From Camelus ferus (Eukaryota): a DNA stretch of 64,000 nt. Positions 12,671 through 24,249 of this stretch are shown here, piece after piece. Made by a program: the position numbers and the translations under genes. Location: the NCBI RefSeq assembly GCF_009834535.1, contig NC_045697.1:15316001-15380000 (forward strand). Reading direction: 5' to 3'. Numbering within the stretch: position 1 is the stretch's first letter; each line of letters opens with the position of its first letter. Under the pieces are notes generated by a model that searched no databases, was not told the origin of the DNA, and saw nothing but the letters and a program-made list of their open reading frames with translations.

Positions 12671-13521
12671 GCACTTCAGCGAGTTCAGGACAATGTGAAT
12701 AGAGAAAAGACCATTATTAGGACTTTGAACCAAATGAACAGCTTTGAAAAAGAAGTAGGTGATTTAATGCCCAAGGGTGAATAAACTTGTAGTGACAGAT
12801 GTAGTTATATAACTTTAAAATATTTTTAAGGATGGCAAAGGCCATTGAACAAATTAAACCCCCATCCCTCCTTTCCTCCATCCATCTCTCTCTCTTACAC
12901 ACACACTCTCTCTCCCTTTCTCTCTTTAATCTGCTTGAAAGTCCCTAAGAAGAGAGGCTATTAAGTAAGCAAGCACACTCTGCAATGAAATATTGAAAAG
13001 CAATAATATCCCCATGTTCTAGAAAAGCAGTGATGACAAGAAAAACAAATAAAAGGACCAAAAAAAAAAAAAGAGTAAGAAAGACCATGTACTGTAAATC
13101 CAGAAATATATCTTTAAAAGATTCAACCGCTATCTGGTCTACAATTCGGTAGAAATCTTGCACACACTTTTTATCTTGCATGGCTTGTTAATTTCCAAAC
13201 GATCCGTAGCCTTATTTCATGAAACTTTACATAAGCATTGGCCAGAAAAAAAAATTCAGCAAAGGGAGGAGCGTTGTTGAATTTTAACACTTCACCATAT
13301 CATTTGCTTAGAACCTTCTTACATTTAACAACATAAATAAAACAGAAATGCCTTGTGTCATAAAAAGCTTTTCCAGGGTTCTGAATAAATAGACTTTTCA
13401 CTACTGCCCTTGTGGAATTACTAATTTGAGTTTGCCTTATCCTCAATAAACACAAAACTTAAGCGGGAGCCATGATAGATCCATCAAACGATATACAAAT
13501 GAAGAGTATTTTTCACTGTAC

Positions 13522-13951
13522 TATTGGTTCTCAAACTCGGGAGCTTCCCATGTGAAATTTGAAACTGAGCCCCATACCCAGAGGGCAAGGAGGGAGGGAA
13601 GAAAGAAGTGGACCACTCCAGATGGGTCACTGGCAGGTCGAATAAGCAAAGGACCTTACATACAAGGCTTGTCTTGAGCGATGGCAAGACAGTAGATCTC
13701 CACACCCACCCAGCAGATTCTTCAAAGTTTACAGAGAGGTCTTAACTGGGTTCAGTCACATGTACCACGCAGATGATCTCAACAACGCATTACTCTTTCA
13801 AGGCTGAGCCCTTGAAGGTGGCTCGGGTGGTGGGAACAGCAGGCAGAACTTACATTCCAAGGGGGGAGGAGGGGGTGAAGAGCTTGTCATTGTCCGGGTC
13901 AGCTCGTGGGTCAACCTGCTGGCCACGTCCTCTCCATGACCTCCTCCAGTA
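13522..13951 (-). mobile_element. Solo ERV LTR (~430 bp), family not assigned
   Basis: Minus strand reads tactggaggaggtcatggagaggacgtggcc...gcttattcgacctgcc...gggaagctcccgagtttgagaaccaata. It has degenerate TG..CA-type inverted ends and a decayed poly(A) signal, and resembles laurasiatherian LTRs as I recall them. Confidence 0.65.
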
Positions 13952-16865
13952 ACTCCTGAAACACACTTCCCTCCCCACTTTTCTGTAGGTTACATCACAT
14001 AACTTCCACCATTCCTAAGTTAGATGGCCCATATTAAGGACATAGTGAATAATTTTGTGAGTCTTTTTTCCCTCTGACCTCATTTCTGATTCCCTTTCAA
14101 ATACACTATTGAGTTATCATCTCCCTCTGTCTCTCCACTGGTCTCAGGAGATTTGATTTTATCGCAGGGGAGCAAACTATGATCAGTAAGAAAACTTCTC
14201 TACTTGTATGCAGTCATTAACAACATGACCATTTTCTACTCCACAGTACTGAGTGTCCACTATAGTGACTTAGAAGTGGTGTTAATCAGTTAGCGTATTA
14301 AATGCATTACCTGTTGAAAAGTGAGAACTTTTTAGCTATATAGTTTTATAAAGTTTCAGCAACACAATTCAACCCTGCTCCCATCTCTCCTGCATTTCCC
14401 TCCCTACTTTCACTTTAATGTAGTTTTCTCCTATGTCTCTCAAGCAACTTTTTCACAGTATTCTGGCTCTAGAGTTACATCATAAAATAAACACAGAGAC
14501 ACGTACACACTTCTCCAATTCTAGGTTTCTCTCTCATCTTTATACATTCCTCTCAGTTGGATCCTCCAGTTAAATTTCGTTTAGATTCCGATGAAATCAT
14601 TTTATAAACTTCCACCCAAGAGGCATATATTCAAGAGAAAAGCATCACCAGAAACTAGCACAACATTGTAAATCAACAATACTTCAATTAAAAAAGAAGT
14701 TATGCAAATGTCCCACTTAACATGAAAGTAAACAAGTAGTCAGGAGCTGTTGTTTTAAAACAAAACCGAGACTACAGTTGAAACCTTTAAAAATGACACT
14801 TTTCTCATCGCAGGATTAGTAAGGACTACCCTGTATCTGAGCACAAATCACCAAAGTACTAACGCTTAGGTTTGCTGAGAACATAGTACATCTTTGGGAA
14901 TGGTTTTCTAATATAAACCTCCAAACAATTACACCAAGAACAGAAAAAGATGTTCCAAAGATCTTCTTTCTTTAGTCTTGATATATAACAATTAACTCTA
15001 AAAATGTGTGAATACAATTCAAGAAACAGGTGTCAAATCAAATCAAGCCAGGAAACGCTTCCCTCTTGGTCTCACCTGAGCCAGGATACAAATCAACATC
15101 TTCCTATTCTCCAAAGGAACAATGAACACACACTGATTCTAGAGACGGTACTAAAAGTTTTTTTATTAATACATCATACTCCCCAGACATGTTTTCATCT
15201 TTCTCATTTTATCCAACAGGTAGAGATTGCGGCCACCTATGGCATATGTGAATAGACCAGACATGCTGACTCAATCCCCATCTGGCCAATTAAAGACTAG
15301 GCCCAGCCAAAAAGCTACCATCGCTGAGCGGCCAAACAATGCAAGCCACCCAGTTCCCCAGACTTAAGCTCCTACAGCCCCCCTGTCTTTTGAGTGCCTA
15401 CTGTTGCCTCGTGCCTGAGTGGCAGTACTGGAAAAAATAGCTCGTTCCTTACCCTATTCTGAGTCAAAGGAACTACAAAGACAGAGACCCTATGAACTCA
15501 ACAACTACTCAGCCCTCTACATGTAAACTGCCTTTCTGAAAAGTTCAATCTCTTAAAGGTTCTGAGTGTCCCCCATAAGATAGATCCTAGACGTACTTGG
15601 CTTTGCAATGAGCAGCAGCTATTGTCACAAGGGAAACCTGAACTAAACATCGTTACAAGTCTACTTTGGGGCTTTAAATTTGATGGTCATATTTTTTCCA
15701 GCCTATAACTTTTTCTTTAAAATTTCACATTCAAATAAGACTAAAGTCCTCCCAGTTACAATAACCTGAACTATTGGAGGGAAGGTAAGAAAGAGCACTT
15801 GTCTGTATCTCACTGTCCATACATTCGAGTGATGGACTCAAGCTGTTCAAGTCACTCTACTTCCCTGGATATAAACACGAAGAATGTGGAAATGCCTCTT
15901 TCCTTGCAACTTTACAGCCTTCATGCACAAGTTTTTCATCCCGTAAATCCAAAGTATGCTGTAGCCATGTGTGACCCCGCATCTTACATAATCGGGGAAA
16001 GGTCCAGCTCTTCATCACTCTCAGGTTCGCTATAACCACCTTCACTCGATTTACAGCTTCTCTGAAAAACTCTACACATCAAAACCACCTGAAAACAAAC
16101 CAATTCAACCGGAAGAGGCTTTATTGGAGTGGAGGGAGAGGGGAGGAGATATTGTCCCGTATTTCGCTATGGATACCACTGAATTGATCAAAACATGTCT
16201 TCTCCCTGCTTTCGCAAAATGCAGGATACTCTCAGAAAGCCAAGCTCCTTGCAGACTACCTTTCCAAGGCTGTGCTGTGTATAAATTATTTCCAAGTGTC
16301 ACTGAGGACCATATCCTCTGAAGACACTAAATTGAAGCTGGCAATAAAACAAGGTACACGGTCCTGTTGAAGAACCTGACCTGGGAAACATTCCGCCTGT
16401 ATATTACCAGGGGACGAAAATAGAGTTTTAATGAAGAAATGCTTGGGAGGATACAGGCGACGTGGAGGGAGCGGATCAATACCATTTCAGCTCATTTACC
16501 CCCAGGTGTTAGGGGAAGGAAGTGTGTGGTCTGAAGTCGTCTGGAGGATGCATAAACAACCACGGGAAATTTTCAGAGAAGGCAAAAGTAGGCACAGGAT
16601 CGCAGGGGACCCTGCCACCGGCGAGTTTCACTCACACTTCAAACATCCCTTCTTCCCCAACCTGGACCTCGCATGCACCCCCTCTCCTTCGCACCCCCAT
16701 TCCCGCCGCTGCCACCTCCCATTCCCAGTCCCGCCCAGGTGACGGTCTCTCATGCAACAAAGGCAACAAGCGTCCCCAGCCAGCCGAGGAAGGGGTCCCC
16801 ATCTCAGCTTGCGAGGGAAAGAGGATGGAAGCGGGGCGCCCGCTCCAATGCTTATCGCATCCTAC

Positions 16866-16926
16866 CGCCTGTGGAGCTCGCCTCCTCCAGCTGAGCCGAG
16901 ATGCTTTCCACCCTCCTCACATTCAT
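16866..16926 (-). CDS. KCNIP4: KCNIP4 (Kv channel-interacting protein 4, KChIP4) first coding exon, N-terminus [20 protein letters not shown](G)
   Basis: Reverse complement reads ccaaagATG AAT GTG AGG AGG GTG GAA AGC ATC TCG GCT CAG CTG GAG GAG GCG AGC TCC ACA GGC G|gtagga. This is 61 nt with A at -3 and a phase-1 GT donor. The peptide matches my recollection of the mammalian KChIP4 N-terminus ([26 protein letters not shown]...). It lies in the window's only CpG island and is too short for the ORF track. Confidence 0.95.
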
Positions 16927-17200
16927 CTTTGGGGACGCAGGGTGCAGGAGAGGTACTCGAGGGTCAACCGGCCCAGGGGCGTCTGGCGATGGGTCTGGCA
17001 CAGGAGCGCGCTCGCCGCTCGGCCCGGGGCGTCCGCCGCGCTGGGAGCGAGAGAGTCGGCCGCGGCGGCGGTGGCGGCGGGCCAGGCGCGCGGAGCGGGC
17101 TGCAGGTGCGGGCGGAGGCCGGCGGGGGGCGCCGGGGGCGCTGGGCGGCGCTGGGCGGCGGGGGCGCGCGGGCGGGCTGCGAGAGGGAGCGGGGAGCCTG
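16927..17200 (-). other. KCNIP4: KCNIP4 exon 1 5'UTR / TSS region (upstream limit approximate)
   Basis: Very GC-rich sequence directly upstream of the ATG with no upstream ATG on the minus strand. The TSS cannot be placed from sequence alone. Confidence 0.6.
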
Positions 17201-18294
17201 GAGCCGGAGTAGGCGCCCCCTCCCCTCTCCCGCCCTCACGTCGCCCCTGCCACCTGCTGCCGAGTCACCGGCTGGGGGGCTGGCGCGGGGGCTCTGGCGA
17301 CCGAGCAGCCAGACCCTAAAGAGACCGGAGGCGACTCGAGAGTTGCCAGCGGGCTGTGAGCTGCGCCTCGCAGACCCCGTCTTGCTGCGCGCAGCGCCGG
17401 GCTGTGCGGAGGGGCTCGAGGGCACCGCGCCTTCGCACCGAACGCGCGGCTGGGTCCCCCAGCACCTCAGACTCGGAAGGCTAGACTCGCGACGTTGCTG
17501 CACGAAGTTAGGCTGAGTTCGAAGGACACCAGAAGGCAAGTGCAAGGAGATGCCCTTCTCCAGAACCGGGCAGAGCGCCAGGAAGTCCTGAACTCCTAGA
17601 CAGGAAACTTTCCCAACTGAAGCCAGAGCCAGTCTTGGGACTTGGCTAGGTGTCGGGAAAGGCTGGCTATTGACACCAAGGTGTGCGGGGCAAGGCTGAA
17701 ATGAGGATGCCACTTGGAGACAGAGAATGGAGGAGTCTGGGAGGCATTTCAGACAGGCATCCATGGGGAAAGTTTTATCTGAGGGCTCCCTGGCAGCTCC
17801 ACAGGAAGCCAGCGCTCACCGCCCCCGTGGGCATTCATCACGCAGTGTCATTTGCCCTCTTAACAAAACCAAAGCCTGGAGCATTTAGAAAGATAAACAC
17901 AAATCAATAAACCACTTGTAGCCATGGTTACTACCTGAGAAAACCAAAATTAAAATGCTGATTTCTCTGTCCCCAAGAGTCAAGTGTCCGAAGCATACTT
18001 TGAGAAATACGGTCAAGTTGACCAGTTCTCTATTTTAACCGAAATAAAATTCCCTCCCACTCTCAGCTGCTCAATTGGCCATGATTTGGATGGAATCCTT
18101 TTCCAAGTGTTTGCAAAACTATCCATTCTTCCTGTCCTGCCGCCCCACCCCCACGCTTAGACACTTCCACCAGCTGAAACCTTGCCCCTTACTCCAAGAA
18201 CGGCTCAGCTGACACTTCCTTGCTCTTCTTCCCAATCCGAATCCCACGAGTGACTCACTTGATCTCTTGTGATGCCTCTTACTTTCCTTTCAGT

Positions 18295-18490
18295 TCATGG
18301 TTAAGATGAATACCATCATCACCTGGGTTAAAATCCTAGTTTACTACTTATATAATTCTGCGATCTGGTGCAAATTATTTACATCAGTTGTAACAACGGG
18401 ATAATAATGTTACCTATTTTATTAGTTTGTTGTGAGGAGGATTTAAGGGAATTGATAGATGTCAAGGGCTTAGGGCAGTGCCTGGCACAC
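18295..18490 (+). mobile_element. MIR SINE
   Basis: cctgggttaaaatcctag...ggataataatgttacctattttattagtttgttgtgagg...cagtgcctggcacac. Confidence 0.7.
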
Positions 18491-18619
18491 AGGAATCTGT
18501 AATTCTGCAGCAACTCCTTCCAGAAACCATTCTCATAACTTTTACTCTGTAGATGATCACTAACACCTGTCCAGCTCTAAATTCTATCATTTTCTATCAC
18601 ATAACTTCTAAAGCTGTGT

Positions 18620-18830
18620 GGACTCGGGTCCAGCAGACTGGGTCAGAATCCCACTTCCAACTGTTACTAGTTGTATGTCCAAGGGCTAGTAACTTAACCT
18701 CCCTTTCTCATCTCCGAAAGGTAGACAATAAAGGTGTCTACTTCAATTAACTGTTGGAAAGATTAAATGAAGCAACATACGCTTCATCCAGCAAGGTTCC
18801 TGGCATATAGGGACAGCTCAGTGGGAGCTA
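18620..18830 (+). mobile_element. MIR SINE
   Basis: agactgggtcagaatcccacttcc...aacttaacctc...gattaaatga...cctggcatatag. Confidence 0.7.
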
Positions 18831-19569
18831 CCATTATACTACCCTGATAGTCTGCTGTCATCATCATCATCTTATTTTATCATGATGAACTCAAAGAAGA
18901 AAAGGCATCAGGTCTGCCCAACGTTCCTTCACAGTGTGGGAAATAATATACAACTCCTCTTCCATCTGCAAAATACACAGACTATTTTGTTGGGCCAACC
19001 CACTTCTCAAGGTTTTATCCAATGAGTATCTGTCTATTTTGATCCTGCTAGGTGTTTGTCCCTGGGCTAGTAAAGACAGCAAGAAAATCGGGTAAACACT
19101 GCTCAAGAACAACTTTGTGATAAATTGTTTCTAAAATACTTACAATCTTGGGATCGTGACTATTATGAAATGAATTTCGTTATGCTGAAAGAACCTCTTT
19201 ATGTGGATCCTCAGTCATTGCCAAATATCACGGGGAAAATCATCTTTTTGCTGCCACCTTTACTGTCATTTCTGATAATTGGGACTGAAGGGCCACAGTG
19301 ACTCTGCCTTGCTTATACTATATTATTGGCACTTCGTATGTCCCAAATGGTTATACAGAAGAGATTCAAATGCCACAGCACATTGTGCCAGCCCACTGCC
19401 CCTCCTTAAAAGCTGCAGCAATCCCAGCTCCCCTCCACCGCTTCAGTCCCCCAAGACATAAGCACGGGAGTTCCTACATCTTCTATGACTAAACCTCTAT
19501 TACTCTCTGGGTAACATGAATGCATACTGTCCCCTCAAGGAAATCTTAAAAAATGGATGGAGACATAGT

Positions 19570-19960
19570 AAACTCGCCATATGCTAGCCTTTAATCCCAG
19601 ATTTTATGAACATTATTTAATCTTTACAAAACACTAAGAGATAAGCACTGTTGTCATCCATATTTAACTAGTGAAGATATAACAACTCAGGGGGTTGAAC
19701 TGGTTTGCCAACTTTTCACCAACAGTAATCAGTATTTCTGAGATGGGGACCCACCAGTCTGACTCAAGAGCCCTTAAACTTAATTACTACACTGAACTAT
19801 CACCCTGGACTAGGATTTAGAGACTCTGAGCTCTGACATTTCCCAGCTCTGTGTCCTTCCCGAAATCTGCTGATTGTTTCTAAGCATCCATGCCTCATCT
19901 GTTCAGAGAGGAATTTCTGCTTTGCAAGGTCACTGTCAGGATCAAGTCAGGTAACGAAAG
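19570..19960. mobile_element. Two adjacent degenerate MIRs in opposite orientation
   Basis: Minus-strand MIR at ~19570-19790 and plus-strand MIR at ~19800-19960, both with core-like motifs. Confidence 0.45.
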
Positions 19961-20134
19961 AGAAGCTATATATAAACCCTGGAATGTTGAAGCAGGATTA
20001 GTTTTTTCATTGGCTTGATCTTTTATTGCCTATTACTTTTATTGTCTTTTCCTTGCTGAAAGCCCCTCCCATTTCAGCACAACCCTCCCTTGCTCACCAG
20101 AACTTAAGCAACATCAATAAAAGAAAATTCTAGT

Positions 20135-20370
20135 ATTTAGTATTTATTGAGCACTTACTACGCATGCTCTGGGTTAAAAACCCTGCGTCAGCGTATCACT
20201 TAATACTCAGAAGAACCCCTTTACAGAGGTGTTCTTATCCTGACTTTAAAATGAGACTAAGAGTCAGAGACGCTGAGTAGAGGGAAAGTAGCCCAAGATC
20301 AGCAGGCTGTGAAGAGGTACAGCTGAGGTTTGAACCCACATTTATCTGGTCACAGAACTAGAGCTTTCAG
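20135..20370 (-). mobile_element. MIR SINE
   Basis: tatttattgagcacttacta...gagactaagagtcagag...ggtttgaaccc. Confidence 0.7.
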
Positions 20371-20489
20371 TTGCTACCTGATGGCTCTGAAACCACAGAT
20401 CACACAAGAATCACCAAGGGCTGATTTGAAAGCACTTATGCTTCAGCCTCCAAGATTCACTAAGTTTGGGGTAACGGTCTTGGGATCTA

Positions 20490-20688
20490 ATTATTTTTTA
20501 ACTAAAAATTTTTATTTTTTTAAAGCAGCTTTAGGCTTACAGAAAAACTGAGCAAAAAGCACACAGTTTCCACACACCTCCTCTCCCCCTGCCCAGTTTT
20601 CCCTGTTATTAACATCTTGCATTAGTGTGGCACATTTGTTACAGATGAACCAACAAGACACTGTTATTAACTAAAGTCCACAGTTTCA
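20490..20688 (-). mobile_element. Old L1 (L1MC/L1MD-like) 3' end fragment
   Basis: ttaggcttacagaaaaactgagcaaaaag...ttattaacatcttgcattagtgtggcacatttgttaca...ctaaagtccacagttt. Confidence 0.7.
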
Positions 20689-20694
20689 GATAGA

Positions 20695-20926
20695 ACTGGT
20701 GGCCTTATAAAAAGGAGGAGAGAGAGCGATCCCTCAGAGGGAAGGCCAGATGAGGACAAAGCCACCGTCTGCAAGCCAGGAAGAGAGCCTTCCCCAGAAG
20801 CCAAATCCTGCCCTAACCTTGATCTTGGACTTCTAGTCTCCAGAACTGTGAAAAAATAAATTCCTGTTGTCTAAGCCACGCAGTCTATGGAATTTTGTTA
20901 CGGTAGCTCCAGCAGACTAATAGACA
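20695..20926 (+). mobile_element. MaLR LTR (MLT1A/B-like), 3' half
   Basis: tctgcaagccaggaagagagcc...ttgatcttggacttctagtctccagaactgtga..aataaattcctgttgtctaagccac...gactaatagaca. Confidence 0.85.
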
Positions 20927-20959
20927 CCCTAAGACCATACTTGGAGAAGTCACTACCCT

Positions 20960-21100
20960 GTAGCAGAGGTAACCGAAGTGTGGTCTGCAGTCCAGCAGCA
21001 CCTGCGGCATCTAGGAGCTTTTCAGAAATTCAGAATTTGTGTCCCCTTTTTAATATCATCATCAAGTGGTTCCAGGTATGCATATCAAAATGAGGCACTG
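20960..21100. mobile_element. MER5-like hAT-Charlie element
   Basis: gaagtgtggtc...ccagcagcacctgcggcatctaggagctttt...agaaattcagaat. Confidence 0.55.
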
Positions 21101-23661
21101 TGCATCAAGACAGTTACGTTTACTGCCTCCTTGGAGGCACCCAGTGCTCCCTGGGCATGAGAGGAGGTTGGTGCTGTAATCACAACCAATTCACTGCACT
21201 TCCCCCCAAGTGGGATGACCCTGCTTAATCTTTGTGTCAGTCTCTACTCAGATGGATATAATTGTTTATTGTCTCATTTGGTTTCAAGCAGCAAATACCC
21301 ACAGCCTTGATCATCTGACTACACCCCCAAATTGCTTTGCGATTCTTGATCTCTCATAATTATAATAATCAGGGAAAACAATCTACCTTGAGATCCTCCC
21401 ATTAATATGCCACAATGAGATAAAAATGAGGTAAACATCTTAGGGCAGAAAGCTGAAATCTGACATTCCTGTAGGATTTCTATATTCAGTAGCTGGCGTG
21501 GTATTTACAACTCTGAAAGGTGGACAGGTCAGATTTTATTACCCCATTTTGCAGATGAAAAAAACTAAAGCCCATGGAAAGTAAGCTACTTACTCAAATT
21601 TTCACAAGGAGCATGGGATACAGCCAGGACACAAACCTTCATCATCTGACATCCTCCAACACTCAGTGCTATAAGCCTTGCCAAGTTTATATAAGCTGGA
21701 GTCCTGCCAAATGAACTGCAATTCTCTCAGCACCAAAATTCAGATTTGCCTTGCAACTTCGTCCTCAGGATAAGTCCATTTATAAATGCAAAGTTATTAT
21801 ATCGCTAAGCTGCATTTCCCCTGACTTGCGGACTTCAGGAAATCCACGACACTCTACGTGGCAGGAGAGGTGATGAGGGGATTTGCTTTGGAATAGAAAC
21901 TTATTTAACCTGGGAGCCCTGCAACAACTTAATGTTAAATCATTAAGGAAGTGAATGCTGGAAAGGCTTTACCTAAATTCCATATCTCTAGGTTCTGTAT
22001 TTAAACTATGTGCTCTAATTGGGGGATCTGTTCGTTAAGTTCCACACCACCTTGTACCTTGTATCCTAGTATTTTCCTTAACTGCTCTTTGTACTGCCTT
22101 TAGACACAAAGTGGGTTCTTGCTGAGTAAGAATCTGCTCGGTTATCTATTAGCAGTTTGAGTGAAACTTTTAAAATGATTTCACTGTATCTGAGTGAACC
22201 TATTTCTAGAGGGCTCTTTTTAATCAAAAGTTAGACATAGCTGAAGACTGAATTTCACTCTAAAGAACTAATTTTTTTCAAATACCTGAATCAAACAGAT
22301 TAAAGGAGAAAAATGCATTTCTTTGTTTACGTGTGTGTGGTTTTTACTTTTTATAATATTTTATTATTTTATAACATTTTTGCATTATATTGTTGATAAG
22401 GAATTTAACTTGATATAGTTAAGATTTTTCAAAAAATTAACATTTTTAACATATGTTCAATTTTTTGTCTTAAAATGTATTAGTAAAATTAAAATTCTTT
22501 CTGTAAGTTAGAAATGTTACAGGGAAAACAAGAATCTACTTTTTTCGGATTAAGGTTAAAAAAAAAAAACTGGCCACAGTTCTGAGCATGGGTAACTCAA
22601 AAGTAGGTTTGACAACCTGTCAAAATTGAATAGTGAAAATGCTGCATGACACTTGTCAAAACAGCTGAAGTAGTTGATGCTCAAGTTTGGGTGTTAGTTA
22701 ACAACCTGTCAACAGATAGACAAAGGAGAGGACAAAGGAAGACTGAGCGGGACCTTCAAAGTCTCAATGCCATTAGATTTTGAGAAGCCCAGAATCTTTT
22801 GAATGGGTGAGGTTAACAAATGGTATCAAACAATGAAAATCTAACTATGTTGGGATGGTGAGTGCTTATAAAACAAGCACGTTCAGATGTGAAGTGTTCG
22901 GGGAAATGCGATGAAAGTTACATTCTAATCATGGTGGCAAACACCAACTGGCAAATTCAGTGAGATTTCAGGGCATGGCTGGAGAACATGTAGATAAAGA
23001 GATAAGGTTGTGCTGTGACTGGACTACTGAGGAACAAGGTTATCTGACATGACAAGTCATTCATATTTTGTTTCCTTTATTGACTTTTGGTAAGGACCTA
23101 AATTTTATTCACAGCAATTAGAATAGCTATCAAAATACTCTCCTCCATTCATTCATGTATAGCCAAAGTTTAGTGAAACAAAATTCATAAATTATTTGAA
23201 CAATCTCTTTTCCCCCCAGGAAAAGGAATACTTGGATGGGTAAATTAGCATAACTGCGTAAGTAGCAATAAGATTATACTGGGAAAATGTTGGTAGCAGA
23301 TTAGTGTTGATATTATCAACTTCAATATTCTTAATAATATACAGAGGTCAGACTGACGGATATGTGCAAATGACTAGGCACACTTCATCATCTCTGAACC
23401 CGACTTCTTTACTTATAAGCAGGTGCTCTGCTCATCAACCAAATCTCAAGAGTGTTTATTCATCCATTCAACATGTATCAAGTCAGGCACTGCGTTATGT
23501 AATGGAAGAAAGTGGAAAGCTCCTGCCTTCGAGGAGCTGGCAGTCTAGGAGTGGCCCCAGACAAGAAAGTAAACAATTGCAGCAAGAAGAGGTAATTGTT
23601 GCACTTTGGAAGTGCACAGGCAGGTGTTAATGTATCTAACCCTCATAACCCCATAAGAGCA

Positions 23662-24118
23662 TGTATCAGTTTTGCCATATAAGAAAGCTCCCCTCAAACT
23701 TAGTGGCGTCACATAGCAATCATTCAGCTTGCAGTTCTGTGGTCTGCCAGCTTAGGTGGTGCTCAGTCAGGCTTCTCATGCCTCCGTGGTCCGCTGGCAG
23801 TGATGTAGCCATCTCACGTGGCATGCAGTTGGCTGAGTTGTGGGGATAACTGGACCCTCTCTCCAGCAGACTAGCCTGGATTTGTTCAGCTGGTGATGGT
23901 TGCAGAGTTCTTAAGAGCAGCTGCAGAGTAGGTGCCAATGCACAACACTTTTTAAGCCTCTGTTGAGGACACATTTGCTCCTGTCCCATTGGCTTTGTCA
24001 AGTCACCAAGCCAGTTCAGATTCAAGGGGTGAAGGAAGCCTCTACCTTTGAAGCGGGGAAATTACAAAGGCTATAAACAGGGAGGGGAAGAGTTTATGAC
24101 CTCTTTCTCAGCCTACCA
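23662..24118 (-). mobile_element. MaLR LTR (MLT1H-like) inserted into a MIR
   Basis: caaacttagtggc...ccagcagactagcctgga...ttttaagcctctg...cccattggc...cagattcaagggg...cctacca. MIR halves flank it (taaccctcataacccc on the left, gaggcacagagaggtta on the right). Confidence 0.75.
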
Positions 24119-24249
24119 GGGAGGTACTATCAATACGTCTGAGAGGCACAGAGAGGTTAGGGGACTAGTCCACACTTACCAAGCTAGTGACCGAGCCAGG
24201 ACTCATACCAGGCAGTCTGGCTCAATAGCCAGTGGGGACACCCACTGCA

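Larger units (their letters stand above)
1..16865 (-). other. KCNIP4: 5' part of KCNIP4 intron 1 (continues beyond the window)
   Basis: Begins GTAGGA at 16865. I found no downstream KCNIP4 exon (FLYAQN..., SVEDELE...) in 1-16865, consistent with the known very large first intron. Confidence 0.88.
16600..17580. promoter_or_regulatory. KCNIP4: CpG-island promoter of KCNIP4
   Basis: About 1 kb of very high GC and dense CpG against CpG-depleted flanks. Contains GC boxes (GGGCGG near 17110, 17143, 17153, 17170; CCCGCCC near 17230) and NRF1-like GCGC motifs (~17361-17397). No obvious TATA box. Confidence 0.9.

Noticed and set aside
12945..13181. Protein-like ORF MQDKKCVQDFYRIVDQIAVESFKDIFLDLQYM as an alternative KCNIP4 first exon
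   Set aside because: It matches no KChIP4 N-terminus I know, has no convincing donor, and runs into a T-rich tract. A tBLASTn or conservation check would settle it.
1443..16756. RBFOX TGCATG motifs on the sense strand of intron 1
   Set aside because: By eye about 11 sense versus 7 antisense copies, which is not a convincing asymmetry. The hexamer is also inflated by CpG decay.
16522..17764. Long ORFs (254-266 aa) on both strands across the CpG island
   Set aside because: Low-complexity Ala/Gly/Arg/Pro translations are expected from stop-codon scarcity at high GC. None has a recognisable domain, and the real exon is in another frame.
22330..22560. AT-rich block ending TTAAGGTTAA as a piggyBac-like terminus
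   Set aside because: I could not find a matching opposite terminus, and low complexity makes a chance resemblance likely.
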